From Podarcis filfolensis (Eukaryota): a stretch of DNA of 64,000 nucleotides. Shown here in pieces: positions 26,104 to 37,469 of this stretch (position 1 is its first letter; the number at the start of each line of letters is the position of its first letter). The stretch lies in the NCBI GenBank assembly GCA_964270895.1, contig OZ185435.1; one strand, written 5' to 3'. A model generated the notes under the pieces. It saw only the letters and a program-made list of their open reading frames with translations, was not told the origin of the DNA and ran no database searches. The translations under genes were made by a program, and so were the position numbers.

Positions 26104-27337
26104 GTGTCTTAGAGTTGTGGAACTATTAATTTTTTTAAAAATCTACCTATATGATGGCTTGTGGAATTAGGAATATGGGGCAGTGTTTTAATCACACATC
26201 TGGCTGCCTTTGCAAACCTGAAACTGCTCTCCCAACTCAGAAAGAGAATCGGCCACTAAGAGAGTAGGAGAGAGAAAACAATGGAGAAATGACAGCCAGT
26301 GGCTCTTCCTTCACTATGTGCATGATTTCTTTGCCATCCAATTTTCTCTGCCTGTTCACAGCAGAATTCACAACAGGTAGAGCTCTTAGTAGCTGCTCTC
26401 AATATGATGAGTGTTGCATATAAGAGAACCCCTTGGGTGGCCATCAGCTTTTTGCCCAGGCAACATTATTGGCAGAGATGCTGGCGCCCAGAAGCTGCTG
26501 TTGTGAGTTTAACAGCTGTGTGTCAGGGAAATGTGTTAGCAGGTGCAGCCTCTCCTGTTGCTACAGCACTTTGACAGCAGAACATATTCAAACACCCCCC
26601 CCCCCAATTTCTCCTTGATGATTAAAAAGCAATACAAGTACTCTTCGGGTCAGGCGATGGCATCCGTATTCACTGAACTCTTGGTGCAGCTAGACATACA
26701 AATCTGTCCTTAAGTAGCTAATAATTTACATTCTCCTGGTAGTGTTTGTGAAGTTATTAATCATGTTGAAGTCACTTGATCCTAATGTGGATGTAATATC
26801 AGTCCCATGGAGATTCTGTGGCAGTTTAGCAACAATTACTGTCTGCTTATTATAATGTGTTGCTGGGGGCGGGAAACCCTGATGTTACTATTTTTGGTCT
26901 TAGTGTGTAGCGTATATCCATTTACAGATATTGCCCTAAAAAAAGGCATATAGATGTTTGTGATTAAAACCAGATTATCATGGAAATAATTTCAGTTTCT
27001 ACCATCTTTTTCCTGTACAGCCTTTCTTCATCCTAAGTTTATACTTTGCTGCAGTTCTGTCCACAACACTGTCATTAATTAAGCATTTAATTATTTAGAG
27101 AAACTGATGTTCTCCACCAATCATGCGGCACAATAATAACTGTTGACAGGCAATGCTGGAAAGAGTGCCTGGAGGATGCCAGCAGTATGTTACATTGCCG
27201 AAAGCAATGGAGTTTTTCCTATGGGAGTCAGAGAACTATACTTGGGATACAAGTGCCTATTTCTCTCAGCATGACTCATGAATACCACAGAGTAATCAGG
27301 CTATGGGGTGTGGGTGTGCGCGTAGCTCTATTAGACA

Positions 27338-27340
<3 letters not shown>

Positions 27341-27378
<38 letters not shown>

Positions 27379-27384
27379 CATACA
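27341..27384. repeat. (TG)n(CG)n alternating purine-pyrimidine tract
   Basis: Visible directly; Z-DNA-prone by composition. Confidence 0.9.
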
Positions 27385-28143
27385 CACCTTGGAACAAATA
27401 TTTCATTAACTTCTCCCTCTTTGCATGATTAGCAATATGCTCCACATAGAGATTGTTTTGCTTTATTATTAAGGTGAGAGAGATTATTTGTAAAGCTGTA
27501 AATCACTAAATGTCGGGATGTGTGTGCTATGATCTGTTGTATCATAATTGTAAGGCTATAAACATTGCTACTGTTCCATTCAGCCTGGATTCCTAAGCTT
27601 CAGTCATATAAACCTGGGAGTAAGGCCCATTGAACTTCATGAGACTTCCTTCTGAGTAGACATACCTAGGACTGCACTGCAAGTCTTTTAGAGCTGGCGC
27701 CCAAGAACTTCAGTAGAAACGTAGCAGAAATTAATGAGCAGATACCTCACCCCAGCCTTATGATTCAGACTTTAAGTGACAGTGTTGTCATATCTTGAGT
27801 AAATTGTGTTTAATAGAGCCATCTACCCTAGTTGTATATCTTTTATATTCATTGACTTAAAGACAGAAATTCCTCTTTACTTCAGTAGGAAAGCAAAGCA
27901 CGTGCTTAAATCTCTCTGCAATCAATAGGACTCAGAAATGCTGGGTCATGCCTCCCCTAGTATTCTGTAAAAATGATGAGGTAAGACACTCACACCCTCA
28001 GAAACATTGTGCAGAAGAAAAACTGATTGTTTCTGCTAATACAGCAGAACCGTTATAGCTAGCAACAAGGGCTTTGAGGTATTGGGAGCTGACAATGCCT
28101 AGCTGGAATTCATCTTGCTTTGGGCTTCAGTATTACCCTTATC

Positions 28144-28279
28144 CAGTGCTTTTTTCTTTAAAAAAAATGTTTCATATTCATATTGAAATACTACCCCTCA
28201 ATGAGGCCAAACTTAGATTGACAAAATGTTTAGGGGTATGCGTACCCCTGTGTCCCCCCCTCCCCCGGAAAAACCACTG
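28144..28279. mobile_element. hAT MITE, CAGTGCTTTTTT family (136 bp)
   Basis: TIRs cagtgcttttt / aaaaaccactg; TSD cccttatc / cccttatt (7/8). Confidence 0.85.
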
Positions 28280-28477
28280 CCCTTATTTACCCAGGGAATA
28301 AGCCCCATAAACCACAGTAGCACTTACTTCTGACTAAACAGCATAAGAAAGTGCCCCTTTGCATGGCTTTGATGGTGTGGCAGAATTTTATTTATTTATT
28401 TATTTATTTATTTTAAAAACCATTTTCTCGTCCTCCACATTTTTATTCCAATCTCTTGGATAAGACCCCAAGTGTAT

Positions 28478-28666
28478 CATATATTTAAAGCAGTATGCTA
28501 CCACATTAAAGGGTCATGGTTTTCCCCAAAGAATCCTGGGAACTGTAGTTTAAGGGCACTGAAGGTTGTTAGGAGACGCCTATTCCCTGCACAAGCTACA
28601 ATTCCCAGAGTTCTCTGGGAAGTGGGGTTAAACTCCTCTGAGAACTGCATATCAGTGAGGGGAGAT
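28478..28666. mobile_element. Partial copy of a palindromic MITE (tttaaagcagtat... family)
   Basis: Homologous to 40108-40348. Confidence 0.65.
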
Positions 28667-29918
28667 GCATGTACATGGATGGCGGTTTAAACAAATAAGA
28701 AAGTATTTCAGTGCACATATGTTAATTTTTCTGGTTGCCAAAACAAATAGCTGTTGTGGAAAACAGAAAAGAAAAGATGTAGCTTTGTCAGGATTCTGAG
28801 GGAATACAGATTAGATCGTTAAGGTGTAGCTCATTTTGTTCACTTATCAATGTTTGCATACAGTGGAGTCTATTAATTGAATGAGCACATCAGGGTCTGA
28901 TACCTGATCTCAATTTGTCAAAGGGTTAATTTTCTGTCTTTATTGATGGATTTTATCCTTAATCCTGTGAACTGACTGAAATTGGCTTTTGGCTGCTTTT
29001 TATGTTTGTGTCCTTGGTCTTCTGTATACTAAATAAACTAATTTGCAGACTGTTTAGCATTCTGTTGGCTTGTAGCTGCAGAATATACAAGGGCTAATCA
29101 TGTTATCCTGGTAGTCAAAGAGTAATAATAACAAATATTTATGCAAGACTCTTACTGTTGAGCAGGATAGAGATAAGCAAAACCTGGCAGGCTTCTTGCA
29201 CTCACTCCAATACACTAGGCCAAACTGAGTGAAGCAAAGCAATAGATACTGTGGCAGAATGTCGATTTAGACCTCATAATTAAATGCAGGGTTGCAGTAG
29301 ATCAAAGTAACAACATGTTAAATATTGGCAAAGATTTACTTTCCTTATCTTCCAATTTAACTGGGTTTGCACCTTTTCAAATATGTGATCCTGTGCATAG
29401 TTTGGATACTTTAAAACCCTATTCATGTGTGAGAAATGTGCGTTCTTATGTGATCCAACCTGTTGATTTTTCCATGTCCTGGTTGTAAAGCTAGAGGCTT
29501 ATTGACTCTTGTATAGTCACGGTATTATATAGACAAGATTCATATATATTTGTTGAGTCTGTAACATTCCAGAAATCACACACACCCCAGGCCATATAGC
29601 GATACAGTTGGCATGTCATCAGAAACCCTTTTTCTCATGATCTTGTGACAGAAAGGAAAAGAGCCAAAGAAATCTCCAGAAACTGTTGAAATAAATTGAA
29701 GAGTCAGTTGTAAGGTAAGGAAAAAAGCAGACTTAAAGAAACAAATTAACCCGCTTTTCAGCACCAACCAATTCTTTCCTGTTTTGGACTATTGTGCTGA
29801 ATTTTTCAGCCCTCCAGGCAACTGGTGCCTTACTCTTTTCTTAAGATTAAAAAGAATACAAACTAAAAAATTTATTGCTTCATAAACTATATTGAAAACC
29901 TACACTATGCATTTTAGA

Positions 29919-30144
29919 CAGAGGCGGATTAAACAATGTGGAAGCCTCTATGCAGTTGAATCGTGGGCCGGGTGGGGCGGCCTTGTGCAATGCTATACTG
30001 TAATAACATTGAACTAAGAAAGCATGGTTGTAATTTTCTTTCAAGATCAAATTGATATTATTTTGATACGTTATCATGGGGCCCCTAAAAGTCATGGGGC
30101 CCATAGACCAGTGCCTACTCTGCTTATTTGGTAATCTGGCATTG
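29919..30144. mobile_element. hAT (Tip100-like termini) non-autonomous element
   Basis: TIRs cagaggcggatta / taatctggcattg; TSD attttaga / gttttaga (7/8). Confidence 0.8.
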
Positions 30145-30660
30145 GTTTTAGATCATAATTACAGATCTACACATTCTAGACTACAGTTACAGAGCTGCAT
30201 GTTTCATAAAGTCAAATATTGTTTGGAGTTCTGATGAAATACTTAACTCATAAACTCACATGTGCCCTCACACTCAAATACAAACACATTTGTATATGAA
30301 ATAAGCCTTACTTATGTAAATGGTATACATGATATGTAAGAAATTTCAGAGAATATATGTTAATTGATAATCAGGAATTGTTATTTTTATCATAACCGCT
30401 AATTTTTTTATTGTCAGTTTCAAAATGTGGTGGATTTATTAATATTATTTTCTTAGAGTATTAGGGAATATGTTGTACCAGGTACAAAGGAGAAATAGAA
30501 ACAGCAATATATTCACTGCTTGGTTGTGTTCACCTTTGAAGGATCTAGTGAATTTTTTTGGTGAGGTATATTTGTATAGATGTGCACAGTGGACACCTAC
30601 CTACCTATGACAGAAATGCAAAGTGTGGGCAGTCGTTTCCAAAATAATTTCCTAAATAAA

Positions 30661-30724
30661 CTAAAGTGCCTTCTGGCACTTTAAAGTGCCTTCTGGCACT
30701 TTAAAGTGCCTTCTGGCACTTTAG
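30661..30724. repeat. Perfect 3 x 20-bp tandem array of a palindromic unit (TAAAGTGCC-TTCT-GGCACTT)
   Basis: Three identical units; the array begins ctaaagtgcc and ends with its reverse complement ggcactttag. Confidence 0.97.
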
Positions 30725-30954
30725 TGTTAGTGATCTGATTACCATATTTTTTCCAAGTATAAGACTACCCCTATTTTTTTTTGAACCCCAAATTAAGAAA
30801 TCCATATTTTAGGGTTGCCATCAATCACCCTCAAAATTCTTGAGCTTTTTTGGGGCGATCACCCTACTGAACGCACACTCTATCCCAGACATTTGCTAAA
30901 AAATGAAAATATCCCCCTGGCAATCAGCCTTTAATGGTTGCCAGAACTGGTTCT

Positions 30955-33900
30955 TTTTTTTTTTTTTTTTATAATATATTTATTAAAGTTTTCAAATAAA
31001 ACATATATCAAATAAGCACTTATCGTTGTCCATTTAACATCTTTCAATTGTTACATGGGACTCCCCCACACCTCCCGCATACACTTACATCATTATTAAA
31101 TTATTTTCAAGCAAATTATCATTTAACTCATCTTAATTAATAATCTTAATTTGGTTTGACATATAATTCGACTTTAAATCTATTTTAATGGTAGACAATT
31201 GTCTGCACTGGCATCCTATTCAGCACTCAGCCAGATTACAATATTTTTGTAAATAAGTCTTAAATTTCCTCCAGTCTTCTTCCATCCTTTCTTCTCCCTG
31301 GTCTCGAATTCTGCCGGTCATCTCGGCTAGTTGCATATAGTCCATCAGTTGCATCTGCCATTCTTCCACAGTGGGTAGCTCCTGAGTTTTCCAATTCTTG
31401 GCAATTAATATTCTTGCTGCTGTTGTTGCGTACAAAAAGAATGTTCTGTCCTCTTTTAACACACTCTGGCCGACAATACCCAGGAGAAAGGCCTCTGCTT
31501 TCTTAGTAAAGGTGTATTTAAACACCTTTTTTAATTCATTATATATTTTCTCCCAAAAGGCCTTCACTCTAGGGCAGGTCCACCAGAGGTGAAAAAATGT
31601 TCCTTCATTTTCCTTACACTTCCAACATTTGCTATCAGACGAATGGTATATTTTAGCCAGTTTGACAGGGGTCATGTACCATCTATACATCATTTTCATC
31701 ACATTTTCCTTCAACGCATTACATGCAGTGAAGTTCAGCCCAGAGGTCCACAACCTTTCCCAATCTTCAAACATAATATTATACCCAATATCCTGCGCCC
31801 ATTTTATCATTGTTGATTTTACCATTTCGTCATGTGTGTTCCGTTTCAGCAGCAAGTTATACATTCTTGAAAGTACCTTAGTCTTAGGTTCTAACAGTTC
31901 AGTTTCTAACTTTGACTTTTCCACTTGGAATCCTAACTTTTTGTCGTTTTTAAACACTTCTTTAATCTGAGCATAGTGTAACCAGTCTCGCACTTTGTCT
32001 CTCATCTTTTCTAAACTCTGCAATTTCCAGTTGTCACCATCCTTTTCTATTATCTCCCAATATTTTGGCCAATTGGCCTCCATATTGGCTCTTTTCCGAG
32101 CCTTAGCCTCCAGGGGTGACAGCCACCTCGGAGTTTTATTCTCCAGTAAGTCTTTATATTTTGTCCAGACATTAAAAACTGATTTTCTGACAATATGGTT
32201 CTTGAAGGCCTTATTTATCTTAGCTTTATCATACCATAAATATGCATGCCATCCAAACGCATTATTAAAACCTTCCAAATCCAAGACATCCGTATCTTCA
32301 AGAAGTAACCAATCTTTTAACCAGCAGAAAGCTGCAGCTTCATAATACAACTTTAAGTCTGGCAGGGCAAAGCCCCCTCTTTCTTTCGCATCTGTTAATA
32401 TTTTAAATTTGATTCTGGGCTTTTTGCCCTGCCAGACAAATTTAGAGATATCTTTCTGCCACTTCCGGAAGCACTCTGTCTTGTCTACAATCTGCAGTGT
32501 CTGAAACAAAAATAACATTTTTGGCAATACATTCATCTTGATGGCAGCTATTCGGCCTAGCAATGAAAGTTTTAATCTTGACCAACTATCCAAGTCTCTC
32601 TTAATCTCTGACCAACATTTTTCATAATTATCTTTAAATAAACTCAGATTTTTTGCTGTTATGTTTACCCCTAGGTATTTAACTTTTTTAACCACATTTA
32701 GTTCTGTCTCTTTCTGAAGCTGTTCCAACTCAATATCTGTCATGTTTTTCCCCAGAACTTTAGTTTTTTGCTTATTTAACTTAAATCCTGCCACTCGACC
32801 AAAGTTTTGAATCAGTTGTAGTACTCTTTTCAAACTAGACTCCGGCTCCTGTAATGTCAGAACTAGGTCATCTGCAAAAGCTTTAAGTTTATATTGTTTC
32901 GCTCCGACCTGAATCCCTTCCACCAACCGGTCCCCCCTAATCATATTCAGGAGCACTTCCAGAACCGAAATAAACAGTAATGGGGAAATCGGGCAGCCTT
33001 GTCGTGTACCTTTTTCAATTTTAAACTCTTCTGTAACCACATTGTTAACTATCAGTTTAGCCTTTTGTTCTGAATATATTGCCTCAATCCCGTTCTCAAA
33101 CCCCCGTCCCACTCCCATTTCTTTTAAGTTCCCCTTCATAAATTTCCAAGAAATGTTGTCAAAGGCTTTCTCCGCGTCTATAAAAATTAAAGCTGCTTTG
33201 GTGTTTATGTTTGTTTGTAAAAGTTCCAATATGTCTATAATGTTCCTTGTGTTAGTAAACATATGTCTGCCCGGGAGAAAGCCTGCCTGGTCTTTATGGA
33301 TTATCTCACTTAAAACTTTCTTAAATCTTCGTGCCAAAACATCTGCAAATATTTTATAATCCACATTTAAAAGGGAGATGGGACGGTAATTCTTAAGTTG
33401 TGTCTTTTCAGTTTCTGACTTTGGAATCAATGTGATAAATGCTTCTTTCCACGATTCAGGCGCCTTCTTCCCCTCCATTATTTCATTACTGACCTCCAAC
33501 AAAGGTTGTATCAAATAATCCTTCAATGTCTTATAGTAGTTAGAGGTCAGTCCATCTGGCCCTGGTGATTTGCCCTGTTTCAGACTCAGGATGGCCTGTT
33601 CAATCTCTTGTTGTGTTATTTTGCCATTTAAAATTGTTCTGTTTTCTTCTGACAGCTTTGCTAATCCATTTCTCTCCAAAAATTGTGTAATCTCTATTTC
33701 ATCTTGTGGCCCTTGAGTATATAACTTTTTAAAATACCTCTGGAAGCACTTTCTAATCTCTCCCGGGTTCTGAATGTTCCTTCCTTCAACCTCTAAGTTT
33801 GTTACTGTATTTAATCTTTGTCTCCTTTTCAACTGCCAAGCTAGCAGTTTCCCACATTTATTTGCCGATTCAAAAGTTTTTTGTTTCATTGTTTTAATCT

Positions 33901-35047
33901 TCCATTCTATTTCCTGATTTATCAGCTTGGAATATTGCGCCTGATAAAGTTTAATTTCTCTCAGAATCGGTTGGGACTTCGGGTTAGATCTTAACTTCTT
34001 CTCCAACTCTTTGATACTTTCCAGAATTTTATCTTTCTTTTCATTTTGCAGTCTTTTCTTTAAGGAATTCTGTTGGATCAAGAACCCTCTCATCACAGCT
34101 TTACTTGCATCCCAGATAGTTCTTTTTTCCACCGTAGTGTTCAAATTAATCTCAAAATAGTCCTTTAAGGTTTTTTGGGCCTTCTTTACAATTCTTTGAT
34201 CTCTAAACAGGCCATCATTCATCTTCCATCTAAAGGAGCCGATTGGGATCAATGTCATATCCATTCTCAAGGCGTTATGGTCGGAGCATGTTTTGGGGCA
34301 GATTTCCACCTTCCTCACCTTAGGTGCCAGACTTCTAGTTATCCATATTTGGTCGATTCGTGTCCAAGTCAGTTGAGCTTCAGAAAAGAATGTTCCTTCT
34401 CTTCCCAAGGGGTTTCTAACTCTCCAGATGTCAACCCAGTCCATATTGTCAGTCATTTCAAAAAAGGTCTTAGGTAGTCTTCCCTCTTTAGTAATGTTCT
34501 GGTTCTGTGACTTATCCATATTTGTTGATACGACCCCATTCATGTCCCCCATCATGATGACGTTGTTGTAATCCAGATAGTCCAGCATGATCTCGTGCAA
34601 CTTCTTATAAAAATCCGATTTTCCTTCATTTGGAGCATAAATTCCTAATATCAAAATTTTTTCTCCTTGATACTGTATTTCTATTGCGAGGATTCTTCCA
34701 CTTTCGTCTTTAAAGAGAAATTTTGGTGAAAGGCTCTCTTTTGCATAGATCACTACACCTCTCTTTTTAACTGTATCCGATGATATAAATTCTTGACCAA
34801 GCCTTTTATTTATTAACACCTTTCTATGGAGCCTAATCACATGCGTTTCTTGTAAGCATATAATGTCCAATTGTTCCTTTTTTAAAATATGAAAAATTTT
34901 AGACCTTTTTTCGGGACTGTTACAGCCATTTATGTTCCAACTCAAAAGCTGCAGAGACATCCTGGATAGATCTGGTTATTCTTTCTGGGGTGGTACCTTG
35001 TTCTCCGGTCCTTGAGGATCCGAGGGGGCGGGCTCCCCTGGAGGTTC
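30955..35047 (-). mobile_element. Young L1 LINE, 5'-truncated, antisense to NCKAP5
   Basis: Perfect 20-bp TSD tggttgccagaactggttct (30935-30954, 35048-35067); poly(A) 30955-30970; AATAAA 30979-30984; 249-nt 3' UTR; intact ORF2; 87 nt upstream of ORF2. Confidence 0.97.
31220..34960 (-). CDS. L1 ORF2p, 1246 aa: APE endonuclease + reverse transcriptase + CCHC
   Basis: EN motifs SWNING, LQET, IYAPN, GDMN, RIDQ, SDH. RT motifs SPGPDG, NYRPISLLNVDYK, QAGF, DAEKAFD, GTRQGCPISP, FADD, KYLG. C-terminal CWKC...HLWWTC. No stops or frameshifts. Confidence 0.97.
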   Translation of the reverse strand: MSLQLLSWNINGCNSPEKRSKIFHILKKEQLDIICLQETHVIRLHRKVLINKRLGQEFISSDTVKKRGVVIYAKESLSPKFLFKDESGRILAIEIQYQGEKILILGIYAPNEGKSDFYKKLHEIMLDYLDYNNVIMMGDMNGVVSTNMDKSQNQNITKEGRLPKTFFEMTDNMDWVDIWRVRNPLGREGTFFSEAQLTWTRIDQIWITRSLAPKVRKVEICPKTCSDHNALRMDMTLIPIGSFRWKMNDGLFRDQRIVKKAQKTLKDYFEINLNTTVEKRTIWDASKAVMRGFLIQQNSLKKRLQNEKKDKILESIKELEKKLRSNPKSQPILREIKLYQAQYSKLINQEIEWKIKTMKQKTFESANKCGKLLAWQLKRRQRLNTVTNLEVEGRNIQNPGEIRKCFQRYFKKLYTQGPQDEIEITQFLERNGLAKLSEENRTILNGKITQQEIEQAILSLKQGKSPGPDGLTSNYYKTLKDYLIQPLLEVSNEIMEGKKAPESWKEAFITLIPKSETEKTQLKNYRPISLLNVDYKIFADVLARRFKKVLSEIIHKDQAGFLPGRHMFTNTRNIIDILELLQTNINTKAALIFIDAEKAFDNISWKFMKGNLKEMGVGRGFENGIEAIYSEQKAKLIVNNVVTEEFKIEKGTRQGCPISPLLFISVLEVLLNMIRGDRLVEGIQVGAKQYKLKAFADDLVLTLQEPESSLKRVLQLIQNFGRVAGFKLNKQKTKVLGKNMTDIELEQLQKETELNVVKKVKYLGVNITAKNLSLFKDNYEKCWSEIKRDLDSWSRLKLSLLGRIAAIKMNVLPKMLFLFQTLQIVDKTECFRKWQKDISKFVWQGKKPRIKFKILTDAKERGGFALPDLKLYYEAAAFCWLKDWLLLEDTDVLDLEGFNNAFGWHAYLWYDKAKINKAFKNHIVRKSVFNVWTKYKDLLENKTPRWLSPLEAKARKRANMEANWPKYWEIIEKDGDNWKLQSLEKMRDKVRDWLHYAQIKEVFKNDKKLGFQVEKSKLETELLEPKTKVLSRMYNLLLKRNTHDEMVKSTMIKWAQDIGYNIMFEDWERLWTSGLNFTACNALKENVMKMMYRWYMTPVKLAKIYHSSDSKCWKCKENEGTFFHLWWTCPRVKAFWEKIYNELKKVFKYTFTKKAEAFLLGIVGQSVLKEDRTFFLYATTAARILIAKNWKTQELPTVEEWQMQLMDYMQLAEMTGRIRDQGEERMEEDWRKFKTYLQKYCNLAEC

Positions 35048-37469
35048 TGGTTGCCAGAACTGGTTCTGCCAGTTTCTTCACGGCCAACCACAGGAAGGTA
35101 AGTAGTGGGATATTTGTTAACCACTGTGCATTCACAGTTTTTGACTAAATACATTTAGCAAAAATACATCTTATACATATAAAAATACGGCCCTTGTTGA
35201 TACAGTGCACCCCCCTTTAAACTGATATATTGCTCCAAATAAAAATATACCATATTAGTCTTAAATGATTCAATGAATGAATTGGTCTTCTGGTTAATGT
35301 CTATTCCAGTATTTGATTCTTAAGCTAAATCAATATAGTGTCACTACATTTGGGTTTGTTCCTCCACCCACACACCATCCCTCAAGATGTCCTGAACAAT
35401 TGGTGTTAATACCAATCAGTGATTGCTGGTTATGAGACAGAGGCTACCAATTAGCAAGGTGAGAATCACACTCGGCCATTCAACACTGCGCTGCACTAAT
35501 ATGAATAAACACATTCACAAAACTGCTTGCTGCTACTGGCTGAAATCGAATGCCTCTGTTCCGCTTGTGGAATGGGTTTTCATCCTGCAGGGATGCATCT
35601 GCTCATTTAAGAGAAAGGGAGGTGGTTTCACTGCGGTTGGTATTCAATTACCACGTCTCATCAGCACAAAGATTTCCTTTTGCACAAGAGGACTTTCCCC
35701 ACTCTCTCTGTGTGCCTTGTGCCCTCCCAAATCTGCTCCAGCGGGTTGGGGAAACCTGCAAAACAGATAAGGGAATGCATATGTGAGCAGAGAGAGTAAA
35801 GAGGCACTACATAGGGCACAATCCTCAGATTCTTCCTTCCGCCCCCACTATTTTTGTTACTGTTTGGCGGGGTGGGGTGTCCCAGAATAGTATGGAAAAT
35901 GGCATGGGGAGCTGCAGGTGGAAGGGGAAATTGGGAAGAAAACAAAACAAAACCCTGCTTCTTATATGTTAGCACAAGGGTGGGGAAGTTCAGACCTGCG
36001 GGTCTAATGCATCCCGTCCCATCAAAAGGATTTTAGTGGAAGGGATTGTCTGAAAGCAGCCTCTTTGTCCCTAACAGGAAATTGGTATTCTAAAAGAACA
36101 TCTTACGTTCGGTGGTTTGAGCATTGCTTAGTTCATTCTCTGAACACAAATGTGTGTTAAATTTGCAAATTGCTCTCTTTTTGAATTAAGCTACTGTTAA
36201 TAATCTTTTTATATCATCAAATATGCAAAAGCGTACAACCACAGTAAGAGTAAAGGGGAAATAAGTCAGTCACCAAATCTGTCATCGTTGGGGTTTTTAG
36301 GAAATAAAATACTATGATGTGGAAGCAATCTGTGTGGTACTGGTCTCTCTCATCAAGACATGTTGAGTCAGGAATCTTTAATTCCTCTAGAAAGTATGAA
36401 AGTTCTAAAAATCAGGGCTTTTCAACATAGTGGAAATGTCTGGACAATATGTTAAGATTGGATGCATCATGTGCTGTGTAACAGATCTGAAACTTATGAG
36501 TAATGAAGGCTTCATGCAGAAGAGCCTCTGGACACACAGTGTGGGGCCATGCTAATGCTTTTTTGAAACGTAGATCTGTTCTTGAGCAACCTTTTGTGAG
36601 AAGTCATTTATCCCAGTCATGGCAGGTAACTGACAGGGTCCCAGAACACCGCAAGAGGAGCATCACTCCGAGTTCCTATCTGGATGATTCTGCCTTCATG
36701 TTAGGACAGACTGATAACAGGTAATAATAATTTGGGTAAAAGTCATGCCCACCCCTGCTGCCAGCTGCTAAATTTAAGACTGAAATATTTCTATGTTGAA
36801 AAATTGAGGGAAAGGTGAAGGGGCGAGGTTACAATAAGCCAGTGCTTTATGAGTTGATGTTTCATAACCAATAGTTTTGAAAACTGCTTTTTACAATGAA
36901 GCTTGATATGTCTTATCATAAGACTACTTCAAATATTTTATGTGGAATCTAAACTTTCTACGCAGCATAATCCTAGTTTACAAATATTCTACCATTTGTG
37001 TTTTAAGTGGCATTGCTTAGCAGTTTTAGAGGCTTTTATTGTATTTCTAATAGTTTTATGTATTTATCAGGTATTTGAGCTGGCTCTGCTGAAGTTAAAA
37101 TGCTTAATAACCTTTCCTAATCCACTTTTCCAGTTGCATAGCTATGAGAAAATGTCATTATCTTTTTGGAAAGGGTTTTTTAGCTCCTTGGAATCCGTGT
37201 TGTCTTTGTAATGCTGTATTTCTTTAATATTGTTTCCTGTTTCCACAATTATTACATGTGCTCTCGCCTGGAAGAAACAGAAGTACTTTTTTTGTTTTTG
37301 TATGGGTTGTATTATTTTCTTTGGGACAGTTTTCATGACAGCGTGGTTATAAATAAATCCACAATGCTGAAGTGTTTTGTACACAAGAAGTTGTTGCTTA
37401 CTTTCTACATTGTTACCGGCTGATAATATTTTGGTTCCTTTTCTATATAGTAATCTTTTTGTACAAGGC

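Noticed and set aside
30661-30724. CRISPR-like palindromic repeat
   Set aside because: No spacers, no cas genes, and a vertebrate context; reported as a palindromic minisatellite instead.
31398-34477. Several + strand ORFs of 64-116 aa
   Set aside because: Antisense shadows of L1 ORF2.
36503-36724. 73-aa ORF ending near CAG|GTAATA as a possible NCKAP5 exon
   Set aside because: No good acceptor and no similarity to the NCKAP5 protein.
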